NCBI RefSeq assembly: GCF_009914755.1
Contig: NC_060925.1
Source: the human T2T-CHM13v2.0 reference genome, Homo sapiens
Direction: 5' to 3' (one strand)
DNA: 64,000 nucleotides
Shown here: piece by piece, positions 1 through 13,544 of the stretch
Numbering within the stretch: the stretch's first letter is position 1
How the letters are laid out: each line of letters begins with the position of its first letter
The notes under the pieces: generated by a model
What the model saw: the letters and a program-made list of their open reading frames with translations, nothing else
Told to the model about the DNA's origin: nothing
The model's database searches: none
Position numbers and translations under genes: made by a program

Positions 1-668
1 TTCTAAGGAAGGGCTAAGTATACCTCGGTTTCCCTGCCAGTTTATTCCTGTTTGACTGTTTGAACCTCCCTCTATCCCTGTAATTTTTTGTCCATACCCA
101 TGTCCTCAGGAGTTTCTATAGATTTAGGAAACCAGGGTAAGTTTCCTTGGTGGAAACCCAACTATGGTGATCTAACAAGTTTAGTGAGGTGAAGTCAAAA
201 TAAAGCTTTGGAGGTGAGGGTAATTGTGAAGCCCATTAGGGGTTGGCCCAGGAAACCTGGTGAGAAGGTATTACAATGTACAGCAGTCTCTTGAGAGTCT
301 TACCCCAATATGAGGTGGTTTCTATACTTGGAGACAGCTGTGGTTTTAGCCTGTGGACTCTGGCGACCCCTTTCCACATTTCCCTGTTCACTGCTTTGGG
401 GAAGATGGCCTTGAGGGGCAGAAAGGAGGATTATACCAAGATATGCAATAGTTGGAGACCTATTGGTCATTCTGGACGTGGCTTCAGCCTCTGCACTTTT
501 AGGGATGAAAAACTGGGGGTCTTGGAACAGGCCAACAGAACAGCAGGTCTTTTCTTGTTTCCTCTGGGCACACAGAGTCCCCATCCCATAGCATCAATAA
601 CTGCCTGAAGCATGACTTGTCTCCCTGACTGGATTGGAGCTCCTCAAGGATGGGGGCAGCTTCTTATA

Positions 669-774
669 TTTCTCATGCCCCTTCCCCACCACACGAGGTG
701 CTCATGCTGGGTGCTCATGAGCACATACCCAGCCAGCATGAGCACCTAGCGTGGTGGGGAAGGGACATCAGAAA
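669..774. repeat. Long inverted repeat (42-bp arms, 22-nt loop)
   Basis: 669-710 pairs with 733-774 at 38/42 positions. The loop contains the perfect palindrome GTGCTCATGAGCAC (711-724). Confidence 0.92.
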
Positions 775-785
775 GTGCCTGATCA

Positions 786-960
786 CTAACATTTATGCGT
801 AGCTCAGGTTTTCTAAAAAGTTCCATAGACATAATCTCATTTGGGATTCACAGCAACACTGTGAAACATGTCAGAGATTATCACCCCATTTTATAGCCAA
901 GGAAACAAAGTCTCAGAGAGGTGAAGTGATGCATCCAACTTCACACTATTGGTAAGTAGC
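786..960 (-). mobile_element. MIR SINE
   Basis: MIR core in reverse: CCCCATTTTATAG..GGAAAC..CAGAGAGGTGAAGTGA. Confidence 0.75.
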
Positions 961-1224
961 TGGTGGTCTATACGCTACATCACATCTGCTGCCTTTGGAA
1001 GGATTCACCCTGAGGTTCAATATAAGAGGATTCTTAGTCTAGGTAGGGGGCGGGGAGCTGTGTCTGGTCTTAGCATCCTGCGATTCTCTCCTCAGTGGAG
1101 ACTGCCTCTTTTGACCAGCAGAGGGAAGCATGGAAACACAGAGCCTTCCAAAGCCTAGGACTGTTTAGGTTCACCCTCACAGTATGTGATTAGAGCCTCA
1201 GCAGAGTTCTAGGCAAAGAATACT

Positions 1225-1430
1225 GACTGCCATTTGCTGCACACCCACTCTGTGCCCAATTACTATAATACATATTATTTATAACTCCTAAAGCAGCTCT
1301 CCATGGCAGGGATGGCCATCTCTATTTTCCAGATGGGGAAACTGGCTCAGAGATTTAGTCATTTACGTGAAGCCATTGAGTTGGTAACTGGTTTGCCTGG
1401 GATTTGAACCAGGTCTGCTAGTTCCAACTC
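1225..1430 (-). mobile_element. MIR SINE
   Basis: TTTTCCAGATGGGGAAACTGGCTCAGAGA..GGGATTTGAACCAGG. Confidence 0.7.
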
Positions 1431-1789
1431 TCTTAGCAGGCCCAGGACAAACGTCTGTTGAAGGAAGTCAGGGAAGGGTCTTCTTCCCTCCCAGCCATCC
1501 TACTTCTCCAAGTTCATACCACACAGTGCTGAGTGCAGCTCCTTAGCTCAAGGAAGAGGTCATGCTGCAGTCCGCCTCCTACCTCCCAATTCTGTCACTG
1601 CTCAGCGTCTCATACCTTCCTTTCCTTTTTTTCTGCACCTCCCTCTACTTCTTTTCCATCCAAAGCTGGGACAGGCAGCAGGCGCATGGGGCCAGAGGCT
1701 GGAACACTGGACTGGGCTGAATCTGGATCTCTGGTCTCTGACCTTGTTGATTATCCTGGTCTTGCTGCTGTTCCCTCTGCTCCCCCAAA

Positions 1790-2490
1790 CCCCTGCATCC
1801 AGGTACTCCTCCATGGCCACTGCCCTAATATAAGCCTCCATCATCTCTTGCCAGCCTTTCTCACTGATGTTCCACCCTCTGGTCCACCTGCATAAATTAA
1901 TATCCCCATAATAATCATATTAATGAGGATCTAACTCCTCACATCGCTCCTCACATAGCAGCCAGAGTGGACATTACTGCCAATGCCTTAATTCCCTTAA
2001 AGCCTTCTGATGCTCCCCATGGCCTGTAGGGTAAAGCCCCAACCCTGCTCCATCCCTGCAAGGCCAGGGATGACCTGGGCTGGCCTGCCCCTCCAGCCTC
2101 CTCCCTCAGCCTGCCCCATCCTCATGCTCACTACCCCAGGTTTATCCAACAACTGGCCAGCTGTACTCCGCCTCAATGGCCTTGTCTACCTAAACTATGT
2201 TCCCTGCTAGGGAGTGCTCATTTATCTTTCCAGACTCATTTCTATGGCCCCTCTTCTAGAAAGGCTTTCATGACTTTCCTTTCCACCCTGGTTGGAACAA
2301 ATTTCTTCTCCACTCCCCTCACCTTGGTCCCAGCAGCAAAAAATGCATAACTGCCTTGATTTGTTCTGTGTCTTTCTTTTCCACTCATCTGTGAGCTACT
2401 GGAGGGCAGGGATCATGTTCGAGATAACTGTGTGTTCCCAGCCCTTGTGCTGGGCTGGCACACAGTAGTAGCTTAGTGGGTGAACTTGAC
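1790..2490 (+). mobile_element. L2 LINE 3' fragment (degenerate)
   Basis: L2 3' end motifs CTGTGAGCT..GAGGGCAGGGA..TGGCACACAGTAG. Confidence 0.65.
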
Positions 2491-3764
2491 CTCAGATGGC
2501 TTTACTGCTCAGGCCCATGGCTTTGGGTTCCTGCTGCTTCAATCTCCTCCTGGGTGATGGGAAAACATTGCAAAGATGCATGAAGAAAGAACTAGCCTCA
2601 GTGTCCCTGCTGGTCAGGGTTTTCCTTCCTCCAGAACCCAACACACAGTTAGGGCACACCTCCTCCCACCCTCCTCACCCTGCCATAGCCTGAGGGAGAT
2701 CCTGTCTTTGAATTCTGCCTTGGTATAAGCTTTGAGGTCTATTCCCTCCTGCCTCCTTCCTCAACCACTTTCCTTTCCAAAAGTCTTCCCACAAGTCTTT
2801 ATAAAATCTCTGTGTAGCTCCTGGCCTCTTGTATTACTCATCATCTTTTCTGTCATTTATCGGAAGAGAGGGAGAGGGACAAGATGAGGTTGGAGATAGA
2901 AGAAGGTGAGTAATACATTTATGTTCCAGGGCTTCCATCTTTTCAGTGAAGTGGAGAGCACTGATTAAGCAAAAGTAATTCCTCCTCTTCTGCACTTGCT
3001 GCTGGAAACAGTTGGGAACCTCAATATCTTCCTGAGGGAGGGTCCTAGAGGCAGCTGGCTAGAATAGTCAAGCCCCAGGCTTTTTCTGGGGGTCTTATTT
3101 TGGCAGAATCTAATTCACATTTTCTGCCCTTGTTGTGTCCTCTCCCACTGTCAGACACGTTTGTACTATGTATGGTTTGATTGTTTTATTATTAGGCACT
3201 AACCATGTTGTAGAGGAACCCATTTCGCAATCCATCTGTGCTGATTTTAACTGCCTGGCTTCGTTTGGGAGTTTTGATCACTGAAGAAACCATCACCCAC
3301 TTCTGGGTGTGTCTGGCAGAGCTGTAGTCGGTCCCAATGCCAATTCCAGACACTCATTCCCAAGTCTGCAAATTGTTGTATCCTTTCTTGTAGTGACGCT
3401 CCCTCGAGCATCACAGATTTTACACATTTGTTAGATTTAAAGCAAGCATGTGCACCCTGTGGAAACAGAAACTCTGAAGAGTTCCAGTTGTCCTGTGTTA
3501 CTCCATTGCTCACACAGTCAAATGCCTGGGGCATAGAGTAGTGAGTTCACTATGTACTGGGAGTGTCAGGCAGGCAAAACGCCATTGCTGTCCTGGGTTC
3601 CCCAGAGACTTCCAGCCTCTTGGATCACTCTGCCCTTTGGCACTCAAATAGAATCATCTGGGATCTAGTTCCACACATGGTGGGAAAACTAGCACAACCC
3701 TCACAATCAATATTTTCAGAGATTCTCAGAGGCTTATGTTTCTCCTGGTGATCTTTTGGTTTTT

Positions 3765-4150
3765 GTAGTGCTTTTAAACATGTCTGCAAATTCTTTGATA
3801 CCCTTTCTATCAAGAGGTGGAGTTTAATTCTCCTCCCCTTGAATCTGGGCTGGATCTCATAATTTGCTTCTAATAAGCAGAAGGAAGAGGAAGTGATGCT
3901 GCTTGATTCTTGAGGTTAGGTGGTCAAAAAAGACGATTGAACATCTATTAGGCTCTCTCTCTTTGGATGCTTGCTTTGGAACCCAGCTGCCATGCCGTAA
4001 GGAAGCCCAGGCCACATGGGGAAGGCTTGTGTAGGTGTTCTGGCCAATGGCTGCAGCTGAGATCACAGGTAACATGTGAGTTACATGTAAGCGAGGGAAC
4101 CTGTGGGAGGACTCCATCGCAGTCACCATCTAACTGCAACCTCTCTGCAT
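3765..4150 (+). mobile_element. MLT1-family MaLR LTR (partial)
   Basis: CCCCTTGAATCTGGGCTGG..GGAAGTGATGCTG..GGAACCCAGCTGCCATGCCGTAAGGAAGCCCAGGCCACATGG. Confidence 0.65.
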
Positions 4151-4649
4151 CCTGGGAGTCTTTTCCTCTTCTTTTGCTGGTTGGTTCCATACACATCATT
4201 TCCCACTTTTTTGCTCTGGCAAAGCATCGCCAATGCAAGGTGAGTGTCTACAGTGGGTGATTTTGAAGATGTGGGGCCGGGGGTGGGGGGGTGGTGATTG
4301 CAGCAAAGGCCAGAACAAATGAGAATTTAAATTTGAGTACTACTCTTAACTTGAATGAAAATTCATAGGCACTCTGCATCACAGGGAATTCTTGCAGGTC
4401 CTGTCCACCCTTGCGTGGCAGATTTCTGCCATCATCTTGGGCCCCTCTTTCACCTGTTCCCTTCAATCCTCTTCTCCTTTGCCAGTTGCATTAATTTTTA
4501 TTTTCATATGTAGAGTCATCCAATGTTAGATTCTTAGTCCATAAACTTAGGGCTGTAAGAAACAAAATGTTATCTCTCCACATTTAAACTTATTTTATTT
4601 TCCTAACTCCCTTTCTATAGGTGACAGAAAAAAATTTCAGTCTCTTTCT

Positions 4650-4795
4650 AGGGCACTGATCTCTTTCATGAGGGCTCTGCCCTCATGACCTAATCCCCTC
4701 CCCAAAGGCCCCACCTTGTAATAGCATCACATGATTGATGATGATTAGGTTTCAACACATGAATTTGGGAGGACACAAACATTCAGATGATAGCA
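4650..4795 (-). mobile_element. MST/MLT1A MaLR LTR fragment
   Basis: ATGAGGGCTCTGCCCTCATGACCTAATC..CAAAGGCCCCACC..TTTCAACACATGAATTTGGGAGGACACAAACATTCAGA. Confidence 0.7.
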
Positions 4796-6377
4796 CCAGA
4801 CTTGTGTCAAGCTCTAGGAGTTATGACAACATTGGTGAGACTGGGTTTCAGGGTGTCTAGTCTCATGGGGGATGCCCTGAACTGTATACAGTTCTTTCTT
4901 ACCCTTAGTTGTCAATTCATGGGGATAGCTCCTGTGTCACCTCTCATTTCCAACCAGAAGGCCTCTCCAGGCCCAACTCTGCCAGCTATCCCTGAACTCC
5001 ACCTGAGTGCACGCAGCACTCTTTTTCTCCCCTGCCATTTGGTTGTTAAGATCATCAGCCTAGGAGCACTGTGCAGCCCCTTCTATTGCACCTTCATGGA
5101 GTGGTGATGGGCTTTGCGGCTTTCCTGGGTCAACTCAGAAAGGGCATGTGTCCTTTTAACTCTGTGAGCTCCTTGCAGAAGTAACACAGGAGCTTTTTCA
5201 AGGACTCATCAGTCTTCATCTCGTCTTCATTCTGGCTTTTTCTCTTTCCCTGGCTGCCCCCACTCAGTTCGGTCCTGGTTTCAGCTGCGGGAAAATGGCT
5301 CCAACCCATCATGTATTTTTCTGAATCTTCTATTTTTGTTGTAGAATTCATACTCCAAATCCTTCAAGGCTTAGGCATCTGAAGTTAAAAAGCTTGGGTT
5401 TTTGCAACTCAAAGTCTTGGCTTTTGAATCTTTAAATCAAGAATTTAATTCTGCAAAGAACCTCAGACCCAGCTGCTGGAGCAGGGATTGGGAAGGGAAG
5501 GGAGGAGGAGAGTGGTGCATAGATATATTGGGGAGTACCAGGAAGCAAACATCTTATGCAGTGATTTAAAGTCTCTTTAATCTGCTCATCTTACATTTAG
5601 CCTTTGGCCAAGGACATTTTATTTCAAGATTTACTTCTTATTGTTTTTCTGTAAGCAAAATAACATTCTATTCCTAATATTAATTCCACATTCTTCCTAG
5701 GACAATTGGCCCAGATTGCAAGTGACTGTTTAAAAATGACACATTCCCCCTTCCTGTTACATAATTATAAAACAGTGTAATAAGAGCTATGGTGGGAGTT
5801 GGCACCAGGGACTTAGGGGCAGAGACTAGGGAGAGACTGGTTGTGAGGGTGAGCTACAGAAGGCTTCCTGGAGGAAGTGACATTTGAGCTAGGGAGAGCA
5901 TTTCAGGCAGAGGTTGCCCTGGACATGATGAGCAGCAGATGAGGGAGCATGAGGGTAGCCTGCAAGAATCAGCTTGTGTTGGGACTGGGGGGCAAAGAGT
6001 TTGGCTTCCATCCCTAGAGTAAGAGGTCTGAACCCATAGAAAGTTTCTAGGCAGGGCAGTGCCCTGATTCAAACACTTTCCTCTCTCCGCCCTCTCCTGC
6101 TATTTGCTCATCCCATTTTCCCCACCTGACCAGTGCCATTCTCTTCCTCATATGGAAATAATTTGTGGCTTTGTTCAGCCTGGTACCCTTTCTTCTTCCC
6201 CTCTACTCCTGAACTCTGCATCTAATAGCACTTTCTTTACAGCTGCCCTGAGTTTGCAGGCTTCTGAATACCCTCTTCTGTTTTCTACTCTCAAGCCTTT
6301 GCTCTTGGTGTTGTGTTCACCAGGAATACCTTCAAGCCCCTGTCTATCTGGCTGTCTCTTTGTTTTTGATGAAAACT

Positions 6378-7005
6378 TTTTTAAAAAATTATACTTTAAG
6401 TTTTGGGATACATGTACAGAACATACACGTTTGTTACATAGGTATACACATGCAATGGTGGTTTGCTGCACCCATCAACCCGTGATCTACATTAGGTATT
6501 TGTCCTAATGCTCTCCCTCCCCTTGCCCCCAACCCACTGACAGGCCCCAGTGTGTGATATTTCCCCTCCCTGTGTCCATGTGTTCTCACTGTTCAACTCC
6601 CACTTATGAGTGAGAACATGCCGTGTTTGGTTTTCTGTTCTTGCATTAGTTTGCTGAAGGTGATGGTTTCCAGCTTCATCCATGTCCCTGCAAAGGACAT
6701 AAACTCATCCTTTTCTTATGGCTGCGTAGTATTCCATGGTGTATATGTGCCACATTTTATTTATCCAGTCTATCATTGATGGGCATTTGGGTTGGTTCCA
6801 AGTCTTTGCTATTGTGAATAGTGCTGCAATAAACATACGTGTGCATGTGTCTTTATAGTAGAATGATTTATAATCCTTTGGGTATATACCCAGTAATGGG
6901 ATTGCTGGGTCAAATGGTATTTCTGGTTCTAGATCCTTGAGGAATTGCCAAACTGTCTTCCACAATGGCTGAACTAATTTACACTCCTACTAACAGTGTA
7001 AAAGT
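6378..7005 (-). mobile_element. 5'-truncated L1PA (approx. L1PA8-10) 3' end
   Basis: L1 3'UTR plus ORF2 C-terminus (ORF 6705-6965: [45 protein letters not shown]). Confidence 0.9.
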
Positions 7006-7399
7006 TACTCATTCTTCAGGTCTTGGTCTGGAGCTGTCTCCCCAAATCATGTCCAGGCCCCTCGCAGAACCAAGCCTCTCTCTCTGTGCTCCTATAAATA
7101 TTTCTGATCTGTGTCTTCTCTAAAGTGTCCCAAAGTAGACCCCAGCCTAACCTTTGAGCTGTAGGCTGATTCCCAGCCCAGATCTGCCTGGGCAGGGTGG
7201 CTGAGTTGCTCCCTGGGGTGAATTCCTTTGGCAGAGGGAGCAAGAAAGAGGGAGTTGGTAGTACTCCCAGGCCCTGGAGTCTTTCTGACCCAAAGGTCGA
7301 GGAGTATAGAATTTAATAGGATTAGTGGGCAAACAATTAGGCAGCTACAAGGGTTTGACCCCAGGGAGGGGATTAAAAGTTGATTATAGGTTCTATGCA

Positions 7400-7880
7400 T
7401 CTAGCTCTGGTCTGAGTCAGCAGATTTGGGTTCTAATCCAGCACCAATATTGATTTGCTGTGTGACCCTGGCAAGTCCCTTCCCTTGAGTCTCAGTTTCC
7501 TTACCTGTGATAGATATTATCAGCATATTATAGATATTCTTATCTATATAATGAAAGGATTGGACTACATGACCTGTCTCTAGATTCTCCTCCACAAATA
7601 CTCTCCATAAGTACCATTCCGGGTCTGTTGGTGGAGACGGACTGGACTCCATTCCTATGTGGTTCTAACACAGTGGCAAAGTGGAAAGGATGGGCTTTGT
7701 GGCCAGGGTCACCCGGGTAAGTCCTGGCTGAATTGCCTTGGGCAACTGTCTTTAACGCTTTGAGGCTCAGTTTCCCCCTTTGGTAAATGAGGATGATAAT
7801 TCCTATCTATGGAGAGTGTGTTATGATGGTTAAAGTGAAAAAAAATCAACATGTCTAAATATCTTGGTGCTCCAGGCATT
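7400..7880 (+). mobile_element. Two MIR SINE fragments
   Basis: TGTGTGACCCTGGCAAGTC..CTCAGTTTCCTTACCTGTGA and CCTTGGGCAAC..CTCAGTTTCCCC..GTAAATGAGGATGATAAT. Confidence 0.7.
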
Positions 7881-7888
7881 ATTGTAGT

Positions 7889-8375
7889 TGTGGGATATGA
7901 TGAGGTCTCTCTTCAAATAATCTGATCAATATTTTATTCTTTAATTCTAGTACCCCCCCCCCTTTTTTTTCTCCTTTTTCCTTTTTGCCTTTGTTAGATG
8001 CCCAGGCACGCCTCAGTACCAAGCGTTATCAGTACCAGCTCACATTCCTTTCCTTATTTGGAAAGAGGACTAACTTTCCAGCTCATTACTTCCTTCCTCT
8101 CCACTTTCTTTTATGTGCCCATCCTATCTAAAAAAAAATCAAATGTTTAGCCAACTGGGATTAGTTTAGATTGTATGAACCGACCCTGGCCAATGGGGAA
8201 AGGGTACAGGGGCAGGACTTGCATCAGGAATAAAGGCTCCCATGCCCTTTGTTCAGGTGTGCTCTCATGGCAACTGCCAAGGAAGCACCCCTCTACGCAG
8301 AAGTAAAATTGCTTTGCTAAGAATCCTTTGTTCGAGTGTTCAATTTCCTTAGGATTTCGAGCGTTATTCCTAACC
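7889..8375 (+). mobile_element. Solo ERV1 LTR, LTR10C-like (HERV-I group)
   Basis: Starts TGTGGGATATGATGAGGT..CTCTTCAAATA as in the recalled LTR10C; CCAAT box and AATAAA/AGTAAA signals; ends GTTATTCCTAAC. Confidence 0.7.
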
Positions 8376-8562
8376 TAGGGATTGCAATGATCAAGAGAAG
8401 GCTGTGGGGGCTCTCAGGAGGGAGGGGTTCACTCTGCTTTGGGTGGAGGTGGACTGGGAAGGTTTCCCAGGCTGGGCCTTGAAGGATGAAGATGAGCTCC
8501 TGATGGAGGCTCAGACTCCCTGTCACTGGTCACTGGGCTGAGCTTTCCATCCAGGTTGCGAT

Positions 8563-9224
8563 TGTGGCAGGCCAGGTCTCACTAATAGCTGAGCAGGCAG
8601 GCCTCCATGACAACCGTTTTAGCACTGACTGAGTGGTTAAATATTAAAAGCTGATAGAGCCAGTGCCCTCATACAAAGGCTGGAATGTAACAAAAGCCCA
8701 CCAAGAGTTTTGCCTAGGCCTTTCCTGGACCTTGAAGCATGACAAGATAATGAAGGAATTCTTAACAGGACCTCTTTAGGATTAAACAAGTTTTATTGGG
8801 GGTCTGAAGGAACTCCCCAGACCTCCACAAACAAGCTTTATTGGGGACTAAAGGAACTCCTCAAACCTCCATGATTTAGCAGGAGACATGATAAGGGTAA
8901 TCACCGCAGCACCTGGACCCATTAGATTAAGTAAATTTACTGAGGCTCCAGAGGAAGGTCTTCAGGACTCAGATCTCAGTTATAGATTAAAAGAAGTTAA
9001 TCACATATGTCTTTAGATGAATGCACACTTACACGTAGACATATAGCTTAGAAGGTGTATAAGCTTTGGAAAACTTTGTAATTTTGAGTTGGTCTGGTGA
9101 TATTTTCCTGGCCTTCTCCCTGTACCCAGTTACAGAAATAAACTCCCTTCTTTCCCATTTCACCTGCATCTTGTTATTGGGCCATGAGAATAAGCAGCCT
9201 GACCCTTGGTTCAGTCTGGGAACA
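8563..9224 (+). mobile_element. Solo ERV1-class LTR (subfamily not assigned)
   Basis: TG...CA termini (TGTGGCAGGCCAGG...GGGAACA); TATA-like TGTATAAG; AATAAA near 9137; flanks CGAT/CTAT (degenerate 4-bp TSD). Confidence 0.75.
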
Positions 9225-9743
9225 CTATGAGAGTCCTCATAGGCTCTGCCCACCTGCTAAGGGTGGCTTCTCTCCCCCCGGATATGGCCAGCGCCCAGCC
9301 CCTACTCTTCTCTGCGTCCGTTCTCTTGATTGTCCCTAGGCTTCTCCAGCTGGCCACCATTTCCTAGTCACTTCTCCCGCTCAGGGCAGCCTCTCCTCTG
9401 CCCAAGGCCTGTCTCCTTCCACCCTGAGGAGCATTCTCAGAGCCCAATCCTCACCTACCCCACTCTCCTGCCTCTGCTTCACCTGGGCCTGGCTAGTTTG
9501 GCACCATAGTCCTCTTGTTCTCCTGCATGTTGGGACCTGGATCCATCTCTTATTTCCACCTCCGTCCTATAGTCACCACCTTATTCCTTTTGGCATGTAA
9601 AAATGCTCAGGTCTCTCCATTTTTAAAGTAGGGAAGCCTTCCCTGGACCCTTGATGCTCCTCTGTTACTCCCCTTCACAGCCATACTCAGAAGAGTTTGT
9701 TGTTGATGTTCACATTCCTTACCTCCTACTCACATTCCTTACC

Positions 9744-10614
9744 TGTAGGGAGACCCCCTGAAACTATTGCTACGGAATAAAAGATGAAATGCTCCTGATT
9801 ATTGTAAATACAAAATTGCATGCAGGATTGTGTAAAGACAATGCCAGCTTGGACTGCCAGAATGAGCCAACAGTGCGTGATGTGCTTCCCCCTGCAGAGA
9901 GCCTATGAATGGACGTGCAGTCAGGGAGGTTTCACATCACCAAGACTCCTATCCCAGAAAAGCAGATGTTCATAGCTCTGGGAATGGAATGCCACCCTTG
10001 TGGAGAGCGTATAAATGGACGCATGAGGGGCGCCTGTCCATATGGATAAGATAGGGCTATAAATGCCCTCATCTTGCCACGGCTCTTCTAGGCCTCTTTA
10101 GGGTTAAGGCATACTCCCTTCTGAGAATTTCTGGTCTAACCGGTTGTCTAGCTTGACGTCCTGTTTCTATGGATTGTTTGTAACCAGCTTTTGCTGCAAC
10201 TGTTACTGCTGATTAATATCTTGCTAATCATAGGTTATGGAAAGCCTGTGTTTCTGTTTTAAGGCTCTGCTAGAAATTACTGATGCACACACTATATTGT
10301 AAATTCTTATCTCTGTATAATGTACTTCTGCATACAGATGTTATGTTAAAAAATTACTTCATCCCCATGTGACCATCTCACCTCATAATCAAATGACCCT
10401 AAATCCCTCACTAACCTACCCCCACCCTCACTAAACTTAATAATAAATGCTGGTATATCCAGTGCATTGGTGGCACCAAGGGACCAGAAGGCGGTGACTC
10501 CCCTGGACCCAGCTTTCACTATTTTGTGTGTGTCTATTATTTCTCCACCTGCCAATCACCTGGGAACAAAGAGAGCCCCATTGCATTGCGGGCTGCTGGC
10601 CAGATCCTGCAATA
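9744..10614 (+). mobile_element. Solo ERVK-class LTR, MER11D-like
   Basis: 871 bp starting TGTAGGGAGACCCCC. Perfect 6-bp TSD CTTACC (9738-9743, 10615-10620), typical of betaretrovirus-like ERVs. Internal TATAAA and AATAAA. Confidence 0.8.
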
Positions 10615-11859
10615 CTTACCACTGTTCACATTCCTTACCTCCCACTCACTCTTCTATCCACTCACTCCTCCATCCACTGTTTTCTAATTTCTGGCCCCAG
10701 AGTCATTCTGCTGGTGTGGTTCTGACCCAGGTCGCCAAAACAGCCCCACTCCTCCTGCTTAACAGGATGTTAAGTGAAAACAACTGCTTAATACAATTAA
10801 GCAGTTTGTCAGAGCAAACAAGGTTCTGAGCACAGCTCTTTTTCTAAAGGTGCTCAGCTTCTACCACCAAGCCTGAGGGCCAGGCAGTGTTTCCTGACCA
10901 CAAAAACAGAGCTGTTCCCAGGGCAGGGTGGGAGACCAAACAGGGAGACAAAGGTACTTAGCAAGCCTTCGCATTTTTGAAATTCATCCTAAGCCTGAGT
11001 GCTAATCACCTGAGCTGCCAAAGGGCAGGGGCAGAACCCACAGGATGGTATTACTGTAACCTGAGCTCTGTTAATTTGATTACCTGCCCCGACCTGCACC
11101 TGTGCCAGCAATTCTTGGTTGTCCTTGCGGGAGATTGGGTCACCTGCCACCATCTGGCTCAAAAGTGAGTCCTGTTCCCTGAACTAGAGAGGAAGGAGCT
11201 TCTGAAAGCATTGACTTAGTTACCTTCCTCTCCCCTACTGATGGGAGCCCCAGCCCCTGCTTGCTATGAGATAGTGGGGAGCTCACTCATAGCTCAGAGA
11301 TACCTCCTTGGCAGGTTGGTTGTGTAATGGCCATGGCATGCTGAGAGTTTTTAAACTGCTAGCTCCTGTTCTCTTGTCCCTTCTGTGTCTCCAGGCAGTG
11401 TGGCATGTTGACATTTTTCTTTCATTGCATCTGATACCAAGCCTGTTACATTTTTGATGAATCCCTACAGTTGGCTGAGCTCTGTCTTGTAGTTCAGGGG
11501 AAACCCAATGGAATTTCCACTAACATGTCCAGAGCACCTTCTATCTATGCACTTGCAAATTAGATGATAGCATTTAATATTCACAAGAACCCTGGTTGGA
11601 ATGAGTGGTATGTTTTGGGAGTGGGGTGGGGAGTACCTAGAGCACTTGTTTTCTGCATTTTTATAGCAAGTACTATGCTTTTCTTAAATTGTATATCTGA
11701 GGAATGCATTGGTGGGAGGCTCTTGAAGATTAATGGGGGTGGGCTGACACACCATGATTGTATGCATCTGTAGCCCTTCCGCTACTCTCCCCTTACTCAG
11801 CTGAGTCCAACATTGCCCCCTCACCCTCCACTCCCTTCGCCAGGGGTCCTATCATCTTT

Positions 11860-13340
<1,481 letters not shown>

Positions 13341-13354
13341 ATAGGAGGCTGTTG

Positions 13355-13541
13355 ATTTGGACTGTGCCTCCTTCACCTTTGGCTGTGAGTAAAAATCTCC
13401 TTGAAGCTTCACCAGAAGCCAAGCAGATGCCAGCACCATGTGTCCTGTAAAGTCTTCAGAATGATGATCCAATGAAAACTCTTTTATTTATAAATTACCC
13501 AGTCTCAGGTATTTATAGCAATACAAGAATAACCTAATATA
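13355..13541 (+). mobile_element. MSTB-like MaLR LTR 3' part
   Basis: CACCAGAAGCCAAGCAGATGCCAGCACCATG..ATAAATTACCCAGTCTCAGGTATT..ACCTAATA. Confidence 0.75.
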
Positions 13542-13544
13542 CCC

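Noticed and set aside
300-584. Minus-strand ORF with HLPQSSEQGNVER, faintly like the integrase motif HPQSSGxVER
   Set aside because: Similarity is too weak and no DDE context is visible; a tBLASTn/Dfam hit would be needed.
4273-4291. G-quadruplex-capable G-run
   Set aside because: Isolated short motif with no gene or promoter context; such motifs are common.
5130-5351. ORF with CYFCKE...GH resembling a gag zinc knuckle
   Set aside because: Spacing does not fit CX2CX4HX4C and the last Cys is missing.
7994-8013. p53 response element in the LTR10-like LTR (TTAGATGCCC AGGCACGCCT)
   Set aside because: Both CWWG cores are broken (GATG, CACG), so it is unlikely to be a strong site.
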